20,000 bases of DNA from Psammoneis japonica (taxonomy: Eukaryota), in the NCBI GenBank assembly GCA_008632985.1, contig QPGO01000273.1, positions 59,200-79,199 on the forward strand, read 5' to 3'. The position numbers and the translations under genes are program-made. This document shows positions 17,821 to 20,000 of this stretch, one piece after another. A model generated the notes under the pieces. That model was given only the letters and a program-made list of their open reading frames with translations. It had not been told where the DNA came from and searched no databases. The first letter of the stretch is position 1, and each line of letters starts with the position of its first letter.

Positions 17821-19425
17821 ATGTCTACACTCCTACAACGATCAAGATCAATTCTCCTCAACTCAACTCGGCGTAGCTGGATCCCGAAAGTCATGGAAAG
17901 TAGTGGCGCACGACAAACACGTCCACGAAGTTCCGCCACAACGTCTTCAATTGCTACTGTAGAATCCACGGCTCCTCCTTCTTCTAATATCCTGGATGAT
18001 CCGTGCTGGGGTGGACCTGAGCAACACGATCTATCAGACCTCTTGAAGCTGATTGATAAGCCGAGTTGCATTCTCCATGAAAGCAACGATCTGCTCGTCA
18101 TGAACAAACCACCCGATTTGAGAATGGATGGCCCGTATCCGTCGACGGTACACAAGCTACTGACGTACTGGTATCCACCGCCCTCCATTAGTCAGAATTC
18201 AAACGAAAATCTCTTGGAGACGGTGTCGAAGCTTGCCAAGCACAATGACTTGAACGACAACGCGTTGAGAGTCTGTCATCAATTGGATTATGCAACGTCA
18301 GGAGTGTTGTGTGTAGCACGAACCAAATCCATGGCTGCCACTGTTTGTCAAGCCTTTGAACAGCGGCGTGTACAAAAGGTCTATTTAGCACTGGTGCACG
18401 GACACGTGAAGCTTGTGCAAGACGAAGAATTGCCGTGTATCGACAAGGCACGTGTCGAGGCTGTGTTTGATAATGCCGAATACGTCTATCGCAAGACAAG
18501 GGCAAAGCAATCCTCGACGAAGGCAAACTCAACCTTTGTCGGGTACTTGCCGCCGTCTACCATTTATGTGAAATTCACAAGCCTCAAAACGAAAAGGAGA
18601 AGGCAAGCACAAAATAATCAAGCCAACACTCCGAAGAAGAAGAAAAAGTACAAACACAAAAAGACTACAGTGTTGAGTGATGACGAGTTTGAATCCTTGT
18701 GTCACGACGTCTTGTCGGGGTGTTTGTCCGTGGACCAACAGGAAGAAATGCTCGACAAAAAGTGGTCGAAGTTGACCAAGGACGAACGAAAACCCTTTGA
18801 AGAGTTATCACGTCGATACAATGATGCATTAAAGAAGAAACTCGATCAAGAAAAGCAAACGAGTCAACCAACAGAGCCAACTCTTCCTACTCTTTTTCGA
18901 GTCAAGGAGGATACAGACAAGAGTGCTTTCTACATCAATGCAGAATTGGCCGAAGTCAAGAATGATTTTCGAGTGCGGTTGCACCCGAAAGGAAACTACG
19001 TATTGTCATCCAACGGCCCGTCATCCTCTCTTGCAGCGTGCGGCGCTGCGGATTTGGATTACAAGCCATCCCTGACACGGTGTGTGGTGTTGCAATACGG
19101 GTACATGAATGGAATGCCAGTCACAAAGGTGCGGCTCGAACCCAAAACGGGACGACGGCATCAGTTGCGGTTGCACATGGTTGCGATTCAGCATTTGATT
19201 GTCGGTGATGTGACGTATGAATTTGCTGTCGCCAAGAATAATGGCCAAAACAAGAATGATGATTTGTGCAGTCGCATGTGCTTGCACGCACATTCCTTAT
19301 CCGTTCCCACAGAAGATGAGACTCTGCCGTTCTCCTTTGTTGCGCCAGATCCTTTTCTTGTCGAGGACAGGAATGACAGAGTTGATTTCAAAGTTCTCCT
19401 TTCGAACTGTTTCGAAAAGGCATGA
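17821..19425 (+). CDS. RluA-family (RPUSD1-like) pseudouridine synthase with a large internal insertion, ~534 aa
   Basis: Motif I LLVMNKPPDLRMDG; motif II HQLDYATSGVL (catalytic Asp, HQLD variant as in RPUSD1); YLALVHG; KTGRRHQLRLH; IVGDVTY; RMCLHAHSL. First ATG is 17821, with an alternative at 17893. Confidence 0.92.
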   Translation: MSTLLQRSRSILLNSTRRSWIPKVMESSGARQTRPRSSATTSSIATVESTAPPSSNILDDPCWGGPEQHDLSDLLKLIDKPSCILHESNDLLVMNKPPDLRMDGPYPSTVHKLLTYWYPPPSISQNSNENLLETVSKLAKHNDLNDNALRVCHQLDYATSGVLCVARTKSMAATVCQAFEQRRVQKVYLALVHGHVKLVQDEELPCIDKARVEAVFDNAEYVYRKTRAKQSSTKANSTFVGYLPPSTIYVKFTSLKTKRRRQAQNNQANTPKKKKKYKHKKTTVLSDDEFESLCHDVLSGCLSVDQQEEMLDKKWSKLTKDERKPFEELSRRYNDALKKKLDQEKQTSQPTEPTLPTLFRVKEDTDKSAFYINAELAEVKNDFRVRLHPKGNYVLSSNGPSSSLAACGAADLDYKPSLTRCVVLQYGYMNGMPVTKVRLEPKTGRRHQLRLHMVAIQHLIVGDVTYEFAVAKNNGQNKNDDLCSRMCLHAHSLSVPTEDETLPFSFVAPDPFLVEDRNDRVDFKVLLSNCFEKA

Positions 19426-19542
19426 CAAAGATGATGAACTATATTGCATTAAAGTTGCCACGGGACTACCTCGCCCCAACTGGGATCCACGTCATCAAAT
19501 TGCGTGGAGGTTTGCGGTGACTAGCGCTCACGCCATAGTACT

Positions 19543-19938
19543 TCAATTCCTCACAGCACCCATTCTCAGCAATCGTCGACCCCGACGTGCCTCTGCCAAA
19601 AAGTATCGGGCGGGGTAGCGTCTCCTGTTGATGCTTCGTTGGCACGAGTACGCACTCGCGGACAGACGTAACACGAACCAGAAAATAAATATGCGAACGA
19701 GTGCAAAAATACGATCGACAATGGGACTGCTTAACCAAATCAACAAAGCCTTGTGGTGGGGAGGGAACAAGGTGCTTAGCATCATCCTTGTTGTCATGCG
19801 AACGTTCAACCCCCTAATACCTGAATCGTTGCTACAGATAGAATCACAAATTGCTTTGAAGATCAGTGATGTGATCAATTTCCGCGTTCTTTTGGATCTT
19901 CCCCTGCATATTGCCACGAGTTTAGCCATTTGGTCCAT
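19543..19938 (-). CDS. Hypothetical ORF (131 aa; frame open to window end), function unknown
   Basis: ATG-started ORF in normal-composition DNA with one hydrophobic stretch (IFALVRIFIFWFVL); no recognisable motif. Confidence 0.2.
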   Translation of the reverse strand: MDQMAKLVAICRGRSKRTRKLITSLIFKAICDSICSNDSGIRGLNVRMTTRMMLSTLFPPHHKALLIWLSSPIVDRIFALVRIFIFWFVLRLSASAYSCQRSINRRRYPARYFLAEARRGRRLLRMGAVRN

Positions 19939-20000
19939 TGGTAAAGAAAAGGGACAACAAGAGGAGGAAGATACTAGAGTTTTCTTTCGATTGGGTATAA

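Overview
Eukaryotic genomic DNA, probably a pennate diatom or related stramenopile (inferred from gene style only). Gene islands of normal composition alternate with large tracts (~630-2750, ~5780-8340, ~8720-15600) in which TpA, and often CpG, are almost erased in favour of TpG/CpA. Supported features: (1) a DOMON + copper type II monooxygenase (DBH/MOXD1-like) gene whose signal-peptide segment (484-576) is separated from the rest (3470-5086) by a 2,889-bp TIR element with a 4-bp ATCT target-site duplication; (2) a tRNA-Asn(GTT) gene followed by a 5'-truncated, intron-containing tRNA-Asn copy; (3) a head-to-head pair of RRP3/DDX47 DEAD-box helicase and an RluA/RPUSD1-type pseudouridine synthase with a large HMG-box-like insert. 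Two leads stand out. The first is an apparent region-restricted, context-dependent TpA->TpG/CpA (A-to-G type) hypermutation that runs opposite to fungal RIP and is decoupled from CpG decay. The second is that the TIR element could be spliced out as an in-frame GT-AG intron (582-3471), as introner elements are. Most small ORFs in the supplied track are artefacts of TAA/TAG loss.
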